A stretch of DNA of 64,000 bases from positions 1 to 64,000 of the forward strand of contig JBLWGC010000051.1 in NCBI GenBank assembly GCA_048772705.1. Reading direction: 5' to 3'. The position numbers were made by a program, and so were the translations under genes. Shown here piece after piece: positions 26,001 to 37,300 of the stretch (the stretch's first letter is position 1; the number at the start of each line of letters is the position of its first letter). The notes below the pieces were generated by a model. It had not been told where the DNA came from, did not search any database, and worked only from the letters and a program-made list of their open reading frames with translations. The stretch is from Leidyana gryllorum EB-2025a (taxonomy: Eukaryota > Protista > Apicomplexa).

Positions 26001-28699
26001 GATCTCCAAAGTCTGAGCTGCAAACAGGTCCTGAGAGCACATACTCAGGATGTGATGGCCCTGACGTTGACACCGCACTTCCTAATCTCTGCTTCGAATG
26101 CATGGGAAGTGTATGTCTGGAGCCGAAGATGGCACGACATATGCTATGTGCTGCACATAGACAAACCTGACCGGGGTCCCTCAGTCGACAATGGACGCTT
26201 GCACAGCACTGTAACACATCTGACAGCAATGACTGACGAGCAGCAAACCATTGTTTCTACGGGTAGCGACGGTATCGTTCGATTCTGGACAATCCCGCAG
26301 ACATCCTCCGGGGACAAAATAGTTCTCCCGTCTGATGTGAAAACAAAGGGAGGTGAAATGGTCACTCCCCCTCCCCCCATGGCTCAAGTAGCGGAGGAGG
26401 GAGAGAGTAGTTGTTGGCTGGGAGCGTTGATGGCGAGTCCCAGAACGGGAGGGTCAACACCTCAGTGTGATATCCTCACAGTTGCCGAGGGATTACTACG
26501 GGCTTTCATCCCCATCCGAAGCATCAGTGTCCAGCCAACGTTTGCCAACGAATGCTGGAGAGCAGCAACAACGCTTTGCCACTGGTTCGACGAAATCGGT
26601 GCAGAAACTCAGCTGTGCCCAGTCGGCTCGGGTTCGGCACCCATCATGCTGGCACGATTGGGCCACGACCCGAAGAAGCCCACAGTGCTTCTGTACAGTC
26701 ATTATGATGTCGTGCCGTCTGGAGAAGGCTCGACAGACGATTGCGAGTTGGATACCGCTTGCTTCCACCGGAAGTCACCGCCTAAGGGCAAGACGCACGA
26801 CTATCACTGGGCGACAGACCCCTGGACCCTCAGTACCGTGAACGGCTATTTCCACGGCAGAGGCGTGACGGACAATAAAGGACCTCTGATAGCTCAGATG
26901 CTCGCAGTCGCAGAACTTGCCAGGGGGCGATATAACAAGGCAGAATATGCTGAGGCCTTCGGTCTAAGCACAACCTCTGGCAGTAAAAAGAAAAAGCGAA
27001 AGGAGTATGGTGAAGATGTGGAACGGATAGCCTCCGTGTCTACCTGCCCGACTACCGCCGCTGCCGGCGGAGGCGCCCAAGAGATGCCTGTGAACGTTGT
27101 ATTCATCAGTGAGGGAGAAGAGGAGAATGGCAGTTTAGGATTCGATGCCTTCTTGGGCGAGAGAGAGGATATACTGCGGGATGCCAAATATGCCATCTTC
27201 ACCAACACGTATTGGCTTGATGATGAAACACCCTGTTTAGTCCACGGGATGCGAGGGGTGATCGATCTACAGGTCACAGTCAGTGGAGGGGATGATCCCT
27301 TGGGACTTCACTCAGGTATCCATGGCGGAGCAGTTGTGGAACCATTAGTGGTAAGTGAACCCAGATTGACCTACTTTCTGTGCGATTCATACCGTTCGCC
27401 GTGTGTGGTGTGTGTCTCCCGTATCTTCCAACGGCCGCCGAACACATTGAAACGATGAATACGGCAATCTATTTTGGCCTTTCAGGATGCATTGGCACTG
27501 GCAGCTGGGTTGGTGGATAATCAAGGCAACGTGCTTGTTCCGGGATTCTATGACGACGTCCTGGGTATGGCCCGCGGGGCCTCCGAGGGGGAACTATCGC
27601 CGACAGATCCACGACGACCTGATCTAACGCGGTGTTTTGATTGTTTCGATCTGGAGAAGTATCGGATTGAGACAGCAAATGCAGGATTACGTAATTTGGA
27701 TGGCAGGGACTTGCTTAGGCGACGGTAAGACGAGTATGCTAATCTATCATTAAGTTGGATTAGATGGGTAGAGCCCTCCCTATCAGTAACGGAAGTGTGG
27801 TCCTCAACGCAAACTTCCAAAGAGAACGTTGGGGGCAACTACCGTATAATACCCTCGCGGGTGGGCTTCAATGTATCAGTCCGCTTTGTGCCGAACCAAG
27901 TGAGAGCTTAGAGAGAAGTTGACTGTTAAAATTCATCGTTGTGCAGCGAGCGGACAAATTGGTGAAGCGACTCAATGCTTTACTTGAATTCGAGTTTGCC
28001 AAACGAAGAAGTCCGAATCGGTTAGAGATTAAGTTGTTGAAGTGTCACGAATGGTGGCAAGGAGACACCACGAGTGCTCTATTCCAGTAAGGTTGTCTGC
28101 TAACTGCTCTTGGGACACTGGTGATAGTGCGGCTTCTCGGGCAATGACTCGAGTGTGGGGTGCTGCTCCGATGTGTACGCGTGAAGGCGGAACAATTCCT
28201 GTCATTCAACGGGTACAGGAGAAGCTGGGTGTGTCAACGATTCAGATACCAATTGGTCAAGCATCTGATAACGCACATCTTCCCAATGAGAGGTTGCGGG
28301 TGACAAATCTCATCAATGTAAGTTCCCAATTGTCTGTCTATACATCTGTGGAGGGGGTGGTACGGGCGGATCGATGTCTTTTGTGCCACACGCTCGTACT
28401 CCGGCCACTATTTGGCTGCTGTTTGAGAGCGCTGCCGCTGGTCTGTTGATTGGTGATGCTGCTCGTACTAACGGCTCCCGGTGTATGGACTGCACTGGAT
28501 GACTCTTCGAATTGTGTTTTGGACTTGGCCCATGACTTGTGGTGACGACGATGTTTGTGGCTCTGTGTACAAGCTGAAGTTGACACTTGCTGTGATTGTA
28601 CAGGGTATCGAAGTTCTGAAGATGACTCTATGGGGTTTGGGCCACTGGAATGAATGGGACTGGGGAGCGTCCCCAACCCTACCCTTCCCAGGAGCATAG
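23023..28699 (+). CDS. Dug3-Dug2 fusion: class II glutamine amidotransferase + WD40 repeats + M20 metallopeptidase (putative glutathione gamma-glutamyl hydrolase)
   Basis: N-terminal MCRL (Ntn Cys2), KPR..IIYQSF, NGDGFGVGWY, PAWGDRNL, FAHVRAA, NCHPF, FMHNG, IVTSEPLT..REEWVPVP. WD repeats GDQVGNIRVW, SASADTTVGVWD, SGARDKSIRVWD. M20 motifs YSHYDVVP, GRGVTDNKGP, EGEEENGS, LHSGIHGG, REGGTIP, DNAHLPNE. The GATase C-terminus, WD40 and M20 N-half lie in one uninterrupted 1193-aa ORF. Confidence 0.88.
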
Positions 28700-28982
28700 T
28701 CGGTACAAACTCGGCTGCATGAGGATTCAAGTGGCTGCTGAATGGCGAGTGACACTCGTCTGTGGTTGTGTGATTGCGACCAAACTCGGTCTGATATCGT
28801 GCGAACTGCTCTTGACAGTACGCGTCCAGATCAAACGTATCCTCAGGGGATGTAGTGCAAGTCATCATTCCATCATCTGACTGCGTCATTCGATACGATT
28901 CATCGTGCTCCAACCGGTCAGTCGTCAAGTCTACGAAGGTATTCTTCGTCGGCAGTGCTTCAGACGGTGCGAAATCCAGCAT
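28338..28982 (-). CDS. Hypothetical protein with KNTF and PAM2 motifs
   Basis: ORF contains LPTKNTFVD and LNPHAAEFVP; overlaps the 3' end of the Dug fusion on the opposite strand. Confidence 0.5.
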   Translation of the reverse strand: MLDFAPSEALPTKNTFVDLTTDRLEHDESYRMTQSDDGMMTCTTSPEDTFDLDAYCQEQFARYQTEFGRNHTTTDECHSPFSSHLNPHAAEFVPTMLLGRVGLGTLPSPIHSSGPNPIESSSELRYPVQSQQVSTSACTQSHKHRRHHKSWAKSKTQFEESSSAVHTPGAVSTSSITNQQTSGSALKQQPNSGRSTSVWHKRHRSARTTPSTDV

Positions 28983-28992
28983 CCTCTCTTGT

Positions 28993-30261
28993 TTATCTGC
29001 CCTGATTCGCAAACACGCCGATCAACCACTTAAGATTTATCAGAAATTGCTTCAGCGCACTTGTCCACCTGCAGAGTCCTCTGTTGACCAACGGACCGGT
29101 GTAACTCACTCCACCTCCTCGCCAGTCTTGTATTTCAAGCTGTAACCACCAACCTTTTGACCTTGCACCCTGACCAACAATGTGTGTTCCACCCCCAACC
29201 TCACTGTATGACAGGTTCCAAGTTGGGACTACTCTTCCGTAACACTCCTACAATGTCCTGACGGAAAAACTCAAGATAAACACTTCGGCACCTACCTCAA
29301 AGATGCTCAGCAGTCCACAGAGACCCTCGTTGAAACGGGGCAAATGAAAGTACCACTGTAGGTTACTTTCCGTCAGATATAGCGGCCATTGCTGATTGGG
29401 GTCGTTCCACTTCGCCAAGTAGCTCAAGGACCCCTTCACGTAAATCCTCCCAGCACTCGGTCGGAAACCTTCCCCACCCAAAGCCACAGGGACTTCTTCT
29501 GAGGAAGTGTCCACTCTTTCTTGTTCAACCAACACCTCGTCAACCCGCCGGCACATGGTATTCAACAGGGCCGCAACCTCTCCCAGTGCAGCGTTGATCT
29601 CACTAGTTGGAACCTATGGCGGCATATACTGATGAATAAACAGGAGACAGTACCTGTAGATTGGGCAGTCGTCCCAATCGCAAGCCGTTGATGGTTCCGA
29701 GATCGCCATCTTGCCTGAACTGCTGGCTCATCTGTGAACATTAGCGTTACCATATGTAGAAGCACTCATTCAACAAATGCATCCGGGCGATGCGATTTGC
29801 TTCATTGTTCGCATCCTTAACCCAACGCTGATAGCAGTCTGTACGGCCGAACTACCCACGGCCGCTCTCACATTCAAGGCTTCAATATCGTCGGTTCGCC
29901 GTTTTGCAGCCTCCCAAGCTTGATGTTGCTCAACAACATGGCTGGTAGCACACACGTGTGCAGATGTGGAGGTTACGACATCACAATCACACGCTTACTT
30001 TATGGTGTCAACCCACAGACGGACACCGCGATTCTGAGCTTCAGTTAACTCAGTCATGGCGTTCTGCACGGTGTCGTCGGAGATTTGACGGGTTTGTGCC
30101 AGCAAACGCATTTCTTGTTGCTGGGAGCATGAATCACACAAAGGGTCATCTTCTGGAAAAGTGGGTTGATTGATGAGAATGGCGTGGCAATCACGGCAGC
30201 GCAGATCGAATTCTCTTTTGAAGATGCTCATCTCATGATCTGTACTTGGCTTATCTGTCAT
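28993..30261 (-). CDS. ATG6: Beclin-1/Atg6 (Vps30)
   Basis: Spliced motifs GTINGLRLGRLPNLQVPTSEINAALGEVAALL, KGSLSY, WPLY, FNEGL, WTSALKQFLINLKW; N-terminal CxxC...PLCDSC. Confidence 0.85.
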
Positions 30262-30332
30262 AGCATGATCAATTCACACACACAAAGGGCAGCTAGTGGC
30301 CATATTTGAGCTAAAATTATTGGTTGTTGAAT

Positions 30333-30999
30333 ATGCGTCTGACTCCAGTAAGTTTCCCGTCGATCGGTCTTTAGTAATCGGTTGCAGCTTGCCCTAGGTC
30401 TTGTAGCGGTTGGAGCCGCTTCTGCTGCGTTGCCGAAATGTCAGCAAGGGCAGGTCGGAAATGTTATCCAGATGAAGCTGGAACGTAGAAAAGATGGGGA
30501 GACTACTCCCCTGGGTAACTTGCACTTGGGTTTATTCAACGAGGCTCTGCCCAAGACCAGTGAGAATCTGGAGTGGGCATGCAAGAATCACTTCAAGGGT
30601 TCTCCATTCCATCGTGTAATTCCTAACTTCATGGCTCAAGGAGGAGATTTCACTCAAAGGAATGGAACTGGTGGCAAATCCATGTATGGCCCCAAGTTCA
30701 AAGACGAAGCATTCCTATACGGTCATGGCGCGTACTGTTTGTCCATGGCCAACAGCGGTCCCAACACTAATGGCAGTCAGTTCTTCGTGACCTTCACTCA
30801 AACGCCATGGTTGGACGGCAAGCACGTTGTCTTCGGGTGTGCCACTGAGGGACGGGACACTTTGGCTGCTCTGGAGGCCTACGGATCCCAGAGTGGAAAG
30901 ACCAATGGGGAGATTATCATTTCTTCTTGTCGTGTGGTTGGCGCCGACGAGGCCACCAAATGTCTTTCTGCGGAGACCCCTTCCCATGGGGACCTCTAG
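30333..30999 (+). CDS. Secretory-pathway cyclophilin (PPIase, CypB-like)
   Basis: Signal peptide after an intron about 30348-30387; FHRVIPNFMAQGGDFT, SMANSGPNTNGSQFF, WLDGKHVVFG; ends HGDL. Confidence 0.93.
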
Positions 31000-31022
31000 A
31001 TTCTTTTTAGTGCCCGAATGTG

Positions 31023-32730
31023 ATGCCTCCCCGAACTCGAAAACGGAAGCTGCTTCCTAACACCACCAGCACCTCGGAGGGTCCGACTTCCGCCTGTCTA
31101 GACACACGCCCGGCGGCCAAAGTACGTCGAGGTGCTGGCAGCTCGCGGCTACACCAGCAGCAAGCCAAACTATTGACCTTTGTGCAGCGGGAGGCCACGA
31201 GCGAGTCATTGAGTTCTATCAGCAGTAACACCACTGGGAACGCCAGTTGCATTCTATGTAAAGACAAGAAGTACTTCCCCTTCACACCTCGGTCCTACCC
31301 CCTATTTGAAGATGTATTGAGTCAATATCAAGCTCAGGAAACCCGTATGCAGACCACCGGAGCTATCCGGGGTCTCTGGATGAGACAATGGTATCGCTGC
31401 CCCTTCTGCGCACCATCCGCAACACCTCCCGCTCCTGCCGCCGACAGCGTTCCAGAAGACGGAAATGTCGAGGTGAAGGAAGAAGACGCTTCACAGGGGC
31501 CGAGTTCTGTGCCGACATTGCCGGATGACGCACCACTCGACATGCCCGCCGAGGAGTTTGCGGACGTCAGATTTGACACCCACGGAACGTCACAATGGCT
31601 CTCAGCAAAGCTCATCCACAAAGGCTATCCGCCGGACATCTGCTTTGCCATCGCCAAAGACCCAAAATTAGACTTTGTGTCGGCTGAGCGTAAGGTCGAG
31701 GATGTTGTACTGGGGAGGCTGGAACAGGCGCAACTGGTAAGTAGCTTTGCTGTTGCAGCTGACTTGGTGAGCGTTTGGCAGACTTTGGCCCAGAACGAGA
31801 GCAAAGAAAAGTCTGCTGATGAGGCCAGATTACGTTACGACTCCGATATGGCTGAGGTGCAGGGAGGCGACCCCACAGGTGAGTAGTGAGTCATCCTTAT
31901 TGCACTATTATCACCCCCACACAGCTCTGAACAATTTCGATCGAGAGGCTGCGCGACAGCTACTCTCTTTACGGACAATATGGCTCTTATTTAACACCCC
32001 GAGCCACGTCCTCGCAGGGGCCGAGATGGACGTGCGAAGTCGCTTGAACATCATAATGGACGCCCGCGGAGAGATCCTCAGCTGGTTAAAGTTACGCAGA
32101 GATGGCATTCGATGGTACAAAGAGGCCTCACAGCACTACTTTGACCTCCGTTCCCAATTCATCAAAACAATGATCAGAGCTGCCATCACACCCGATGAAG
32201 ACAACGCCATTTGGATGGTTTCTCGCTTTGCCTTCGTCCGCTCTCTCCTGCAATACGAGCAAGATCTGGTTGTCAACCACTTCTTCGCTTTCAGACCCCA
32301 AGCCCTCCTAGAATTGCCCCCTATCTTACGATTCGCCCAGTCTATCGGCTTCCCGGCGAACGTCGATCTTGAGTTCATTGCCTGCTACCTCGTTGAGGGA
32401 CCCTTAGGGGCTGCTTCTTGTGCCCATGATGAGCTCGTGCAGTCCATCAAACAGGCAGAGAGCTTCCTAGGTATCACCTACTACAGCGAAACCGATGATG
32501 ATATGCTTCCTCTCGCCAACTCCGAAGATCTTAGCGATCTCCATCATCAACAGGATGATGACGACGACGACTGTGAAACTCTCACACATCCTAGCGTACT
32601 TACTACTGCCAACGACATCGACTCCGCTGCTGTCCTCAGAGCTTGTCAGACGCAAAGACGCTCAAGTTTTGAGGATGATATGAAAAGAAATATCCCAGTA
32701 ATTACTCTCGATGATGATGATGATGAATGA
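31023..32730 (+). CDS. Hypothetical protein with N-terminal basic NLS-like stretch, CxxC pairs and acidic C-terminus
   Basis: ORFs 31020-31886 and 31819-32730 joined by introns; CILC...CPFC. Confidence 0.55.
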
Positions 32731-32753
32731 ACTTGATTGACTACTCAGCCCAA

Positions 32754-32777
32754 ACATACATACATACATACATACAT
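32754..32777 (+). repeat. (ACAT)6 microsatellite between convergent genes
   Basis: acatacatacatacatacatacat. Confidence 0.9.
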
Positions 32778-32964
32778 AAGCAACCCTCTTGCCCCAACCT
32801 GATACTTCTTTCACTAATACTTTACATTCATATTTGGAAGTAAAGGGTATAAGTCCTCCTCATTTCGGTTATCCAATTCAGCTTAACTCAATTGTTGGCA
32901 TGGACATCCAATGAGCACTATTCTCGTCACATAAAGCGGCACACGCCATGTATCATTAGATCAT

Positions 32965-34014
32965 TCAGTGGTTGTAGCAGTTCTTGCCCTGGCAGGTGAG
33001 AGTCACCTGGACAGTAGGCTGAACGGTCTCCTTGCCCAAGCAGAGGTTGCCAGAGAGCTGAGTGCCAGGAGGGCAACGGGGGATGGGAGCCAAGGCCTTC
33101 ATGCAGACGCCACCCTTGCCTTCAACAGTGCCGGGAGGGCAGAAGGTGTTCTTGGGCACAGCAGTGGTCTTAGTGCACAGCTCGCCGTTGAGCTGGTAGC
33201 CAGGGGGGCAACGGCGGTTGGCCGGCTGAGTCTGAGCAGGGAAGCAGAGATGGGGCTCGCCAAGAGAGCAGTCGATGGTGGTGGGCTCGTAGGTCTTGGT
33301 GACACACTCGTTGCCGACGTGGTCAGTGCCAGCAGGGCAAGAAGTGGCAACGTGGAGAGGAGCCTCAAGCTTGACCTCGCACTGCTTGCTGGTGACGGCA
33401 AGCTTGGCCGGCTGGGGAACATAACGCGGCTGGGGCATGGGAGGAGGCTGGGGGATAGCATGGCTCTTGCCCATCGGCACAGGGACACCCTTGGAGTGAG
33501 CCTGGAGCATACGCTTGCCGACGTGAGGAGGAGTGCAGTCCATCTGGATGTGCTTCCAGCAGCCGCCCTTCTGCTCGTTGTAGCCGACGGGGCAGCTCTT
33601 AGCAACAAGCTCGGGGACAGCCTCAACGATCTCACATTGGCCACCAACAAGGACACCACGCTGGCAGATCTCAACAATACCGGTCACGGAGTAGGTCTGG
33701 CATTCACCACCAATATCGTGAGTGTTGGGAGGGCAGAACTTCTCAGCCGGGATGGTCTCGGTGGTAGTGCAGCCGGATTTGGTGGGGGTGGTGCCTGGGG
33801 GACACTGAGAGTCACGGGGGGCGGGGATCAAACATTGGTCGCCGCTCAATTGACCCTGCTGGCAGAAGTTGGTGGCGGGAACGGAGGTCTGGCGCTCGCA
33901 AGTCTTGCCGACCAGAGTGAACTGGGGAGGGCAGCTGTACACGGGCTCGGTTGTCTGACGACCCTTTTGAGCCGAGGCAAGTCCGAAGAGGGCGATAGCA
34001 ACGAAGGATCTCAT
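32965..34014 (-). CDS. Oocyst wall protein (COWP/OWP-type Cys-repeat)
   Basis: Signal peptide; repeated CPxG(Y/T/F)xxxGxxC units with regular Cys spacing; strong codon bias; intronless. Confidence 0.85.
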   Translation of the reverse strand: MRSFVAIALFGLASAQKGRQTTEPVYSCPPQFTLVGKTCERQTSVPATNFCQQGQLSGDQCLIPAPRDSQCPPGTTPTKSGCTTTETIPAEKFCPPNTHDIGGECQTYSVTGIVEICQRGVLVGGQCEIVEAVPELVAKSCPVGYNEQKGGCWKHIQMDCTPPHVGKRMLQAHSKGVPVPMGKSHAIPQPPPMPQPRYVPQPAKLAVTSKQCEVKLEAPLHVATSCPAGTDHVGNECVTKTYEPTTIDCSLGEPHLCFPAQTQPANRRCPPGYQLNGELCTKTTAVPKNTFCPPGTVEGKGGVCMKALAPIPRCPPGTQLSGNLCLGKETVQPTVQVTLTCQGKNCYNH

Positions 34015-34323
34015 TGTCGTGCGATAAACTTGCGATTCAAAGGGTCAGGGAGTTGCCGCACCTTACCCGTGTTTGTATCACCGGCTGTGTGCACGAAGTC
34101 TTTTGGGACACCATGGGACATCGAGGGTGCGACTGCTGATCGATCCGCTAGAGGGCCCTCGTTTGCCGCGCTCGCTGAAGCGGCGCTTGCGCCAACAACG
34201 ACAACCGCTTTAGATAGGTGAGAGAGCCTTATACACCGATTTTGGCTTAATATGAAATACTACCACACGCGTGTGCACCTGTATAAAGTCGCTCTTGGGC
34301 GCACTCTACGAATTAGAGAAGCT

Positions 34324-37300
34324 TCAATATAGCTTGATTCTCGTCATTAAACGACGGAGAGCCACATTTCGGCACGATGACTCAGTCAGATCTTCTGAAA
34401 ACTCGATTCTCGCTGCTGCTCGCGCACAAGTCACAAAGGAGGACGAGAAGCTCAGCCGGTGTGCTTTAGAGCCCTGTGGAGTGTCTGGGTAGCCTACCGC
34501 CGAATGAGAAGGATCATGACAAGATTTATTCCACAGGTGCATTGATCTGCATTTTGGACGCTGCCGGGAGTTGGGTGGGATCGACCACCCCCACAGAGGT
34601 CCGAGCGAGCTGTTTCTTCTTCCATTTCGCCGCATTGGGGCCGGTAAACGAGTAGTGGGCGTTCACTCGTCGGTAGCGTTGTAGCACTGCATCACAGAAC
34701 AGTCGAATGTCAAGTCGTTGCTGCTGAGTTTGAGTGCTTTCTCGACTAGCAACTGGTCGACTCTTCTTAACAGGCCTGCCAAAGGCGATCCGTACAGTGC
34801 AGGAGTTACCAGACCCAAATGTAAGTTCGGCGGTATCGTCGATATCGAATAGTCTCCGATTCGTGTACATCGTTTCCTGCGCCAATGCCAGCCCATTCTC
34901 GTAAGCTAGCCGGGCCAAACGAGCCTTGTCAGGTAATATCTGGCCGAAGGCCCAAGCGGGCAGGGAAGCGATCACGTCGTCCGAAGTGTCGGGGGGGTTC
35001 ATCGCCTGGGGTGATTAATGAAGTGCTGGAGAGAGTCCTTACGTTGACGCGTTTTCGGAGTTCTGTGAGTCGCTGCATCTCAGCCGGTGAGCTCATATCG
35101 TACCCCATGAAGTTTGTCAGTCCCTTAGTCATCTCGCTGAAGAAAGGTCGATGAGAGCATCACATTTCTCCTCACGTTTCATGGAAGGCCTCTTCACCCT
35201 GCGCATCCGCCAGAGCCCAGGCCAGGTCGTTCTTGTTCAGACCGAGGGGAAGAGGGGCAAACCAGGGGGCGAAGTCGCAATCAACTACAAGAACCATTTT
35301 GTGGAGAATAACCATTGCGCAAAGCCCTTTCGTCTGCTCGTTCACGAATATGGCTGCGAAATCCAGGGTAGCACCCCCTTTGATCCACTCGGGTATGAAC
35401 TGCTTGATGCATTGACGTGAAATCAAATCCCGCATCAATGAAGCTCGCAGCTGATCCGTTGGACCCGATAAAGCATGAACCACTGTAGCGAATCGTTCTG
35501 CCACTTCGGGACGGGCAAACACCAGTACATCATGAAATTCTGCATCAGGAGAATCTCGAGCTTCGGTATTTAGCGAACTCAAACCGATAATCTCTGAGAA
35601 GGGGAACCCTCGTACAATTCTGGTGACTTGTGACGATGGAATTGCGGACAACAGAACGGGCGCCAGCTCCAGTGACTCCGGATCTACAGGACCTTTGTGG
35701 TCTGGATCCACGCTACGTAACTCTGTCACGTTGGCAAGCGGATCGCGTAGGCTTACACTCCAGGAGGTCGCTCGAAGATGTACACGCCAAAGGGAGTTAC
35801 CGTCACGATGGCCGGTGTATACGTAGCGCTTCCATTTCGCCACCATAGAGCGTGTTCGGCCAAAATGGTTCGCTCCAATCGTTGATTTTTCATGCTTAGA
35901 TCTTCTTGGATTACATCCCCCAGGATCCCCAGGAAGTATTCGGACATTACATCAAACAGAAAAGTCTTACGGATGTCCTCAGCTAAGCCTGTGATCCATC
36001 CAAAGACCTCTTGCCGTTTGTCAGGCAGATTGAGTAATACCGCCAAATAAACGTTCACCACGTTCATCACGACCTCTTAAATGGGACATAGCCAACTTCT
36101 TGATCCCTTTAGCATCCAACTTACCTTCCCGGAATCGAGGAGCAGTGCCCTCCATGAAGCTCACGAAGTATCCCCCAAGCGTGCCGGTCTCCACAGCGAA
36201 GTCGTACGCAAGCATGGCTCCCAGGGCGGTCATCAGGCGGGACGGAAACCATTTCTTCATGCACGAAATACGGCATTTGTCCTGCCACACACATTTGAGG
36301 CGACAGCACACGCGTTACCTGAACAGCTCGCACGTCTGAAAACTTGATAAAGGGCGTTTGAACAGCTATTGTGCTGGACAGATAGCTCAACGCTTGGACA
36401 AACCGCTTTGATATCCGTGATTGGGTGCATCAGTTTTGGCTCACCACTTCGGCCCCAGTTAAGCTACGTATGTAGGCACTGCGCATCAGACTTTCGATAG
36501 AATAGTGGTAGGATGTGACCCAGCGCACGGCAAGACCGTAGGGGATGATTAAATCCATAGATTCCACATATTGATGTGGTTCCATCTTGAGGGCTGTGCT
36601 CAATACCCGGGCCAATTTGGCAGCAGCAGTGGCGTCAGTTTGACCACAGTCCAACTAGGTGAGTAAATCAGTGATCCGCGGAAGTAGGTACGGGGGGTGA
36701 GTAGCTCACAAATAGTATCAAAGCTCTCAGGTGATCAGGGTTGCGAATGAGCTCAAGGGCTCTATTGTATTGACGGCGATTGAAGGGAGTGACCAATGAG
36801 TGAATGAGAACGCTACACAGCAATATTGGGCTGGTGTAAGTCGTCTCGTCTCACCGCAGGTAGGCTGAGACTATGAAAAGTGAGCGGATCTCGTCTCGCT
36901 GCATATTGCTTGCCAGCGTTACCACTGGGATCTCGATCTGGCGCTTTTTGAATGCCGCTTCGATACGTCTCGCTGGAGGTTTCTACTTTGGAGGACAAGG
37001 TGGATGGCTTACATTTGTGGCGCACGAGATTATTCTTATGCAGGGCATGAGAAATCTCCCAGTCGCCGAGCATTCCTTTGAGTCTGACCTCTGGAGGATT
37101 GTCTGGGTCATCCAGCGCGCTTAGATCGGCATTCATTGCAAGAGTCTCGAGATCATCAGTAGATGGGATTTCTGGCATGACTCCAATGTCAGCGAGTTTC
37201 TCCTTGACCACTCTATTTTCTTTCTCTACGAGTTGTTTCATGACTTGACGGTCCGATGTCTGTTGCTCAGCTTTCTTCCGAGCCAATCGCTCCTCTGCAA

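Noticed and set aside
32968-34221. 417-aa plus-strand ORF antisense to the oocyst wall protein
   Set aside because: Shadow ORF caused by strong codon bias of the real gene; no recognisable motifs.
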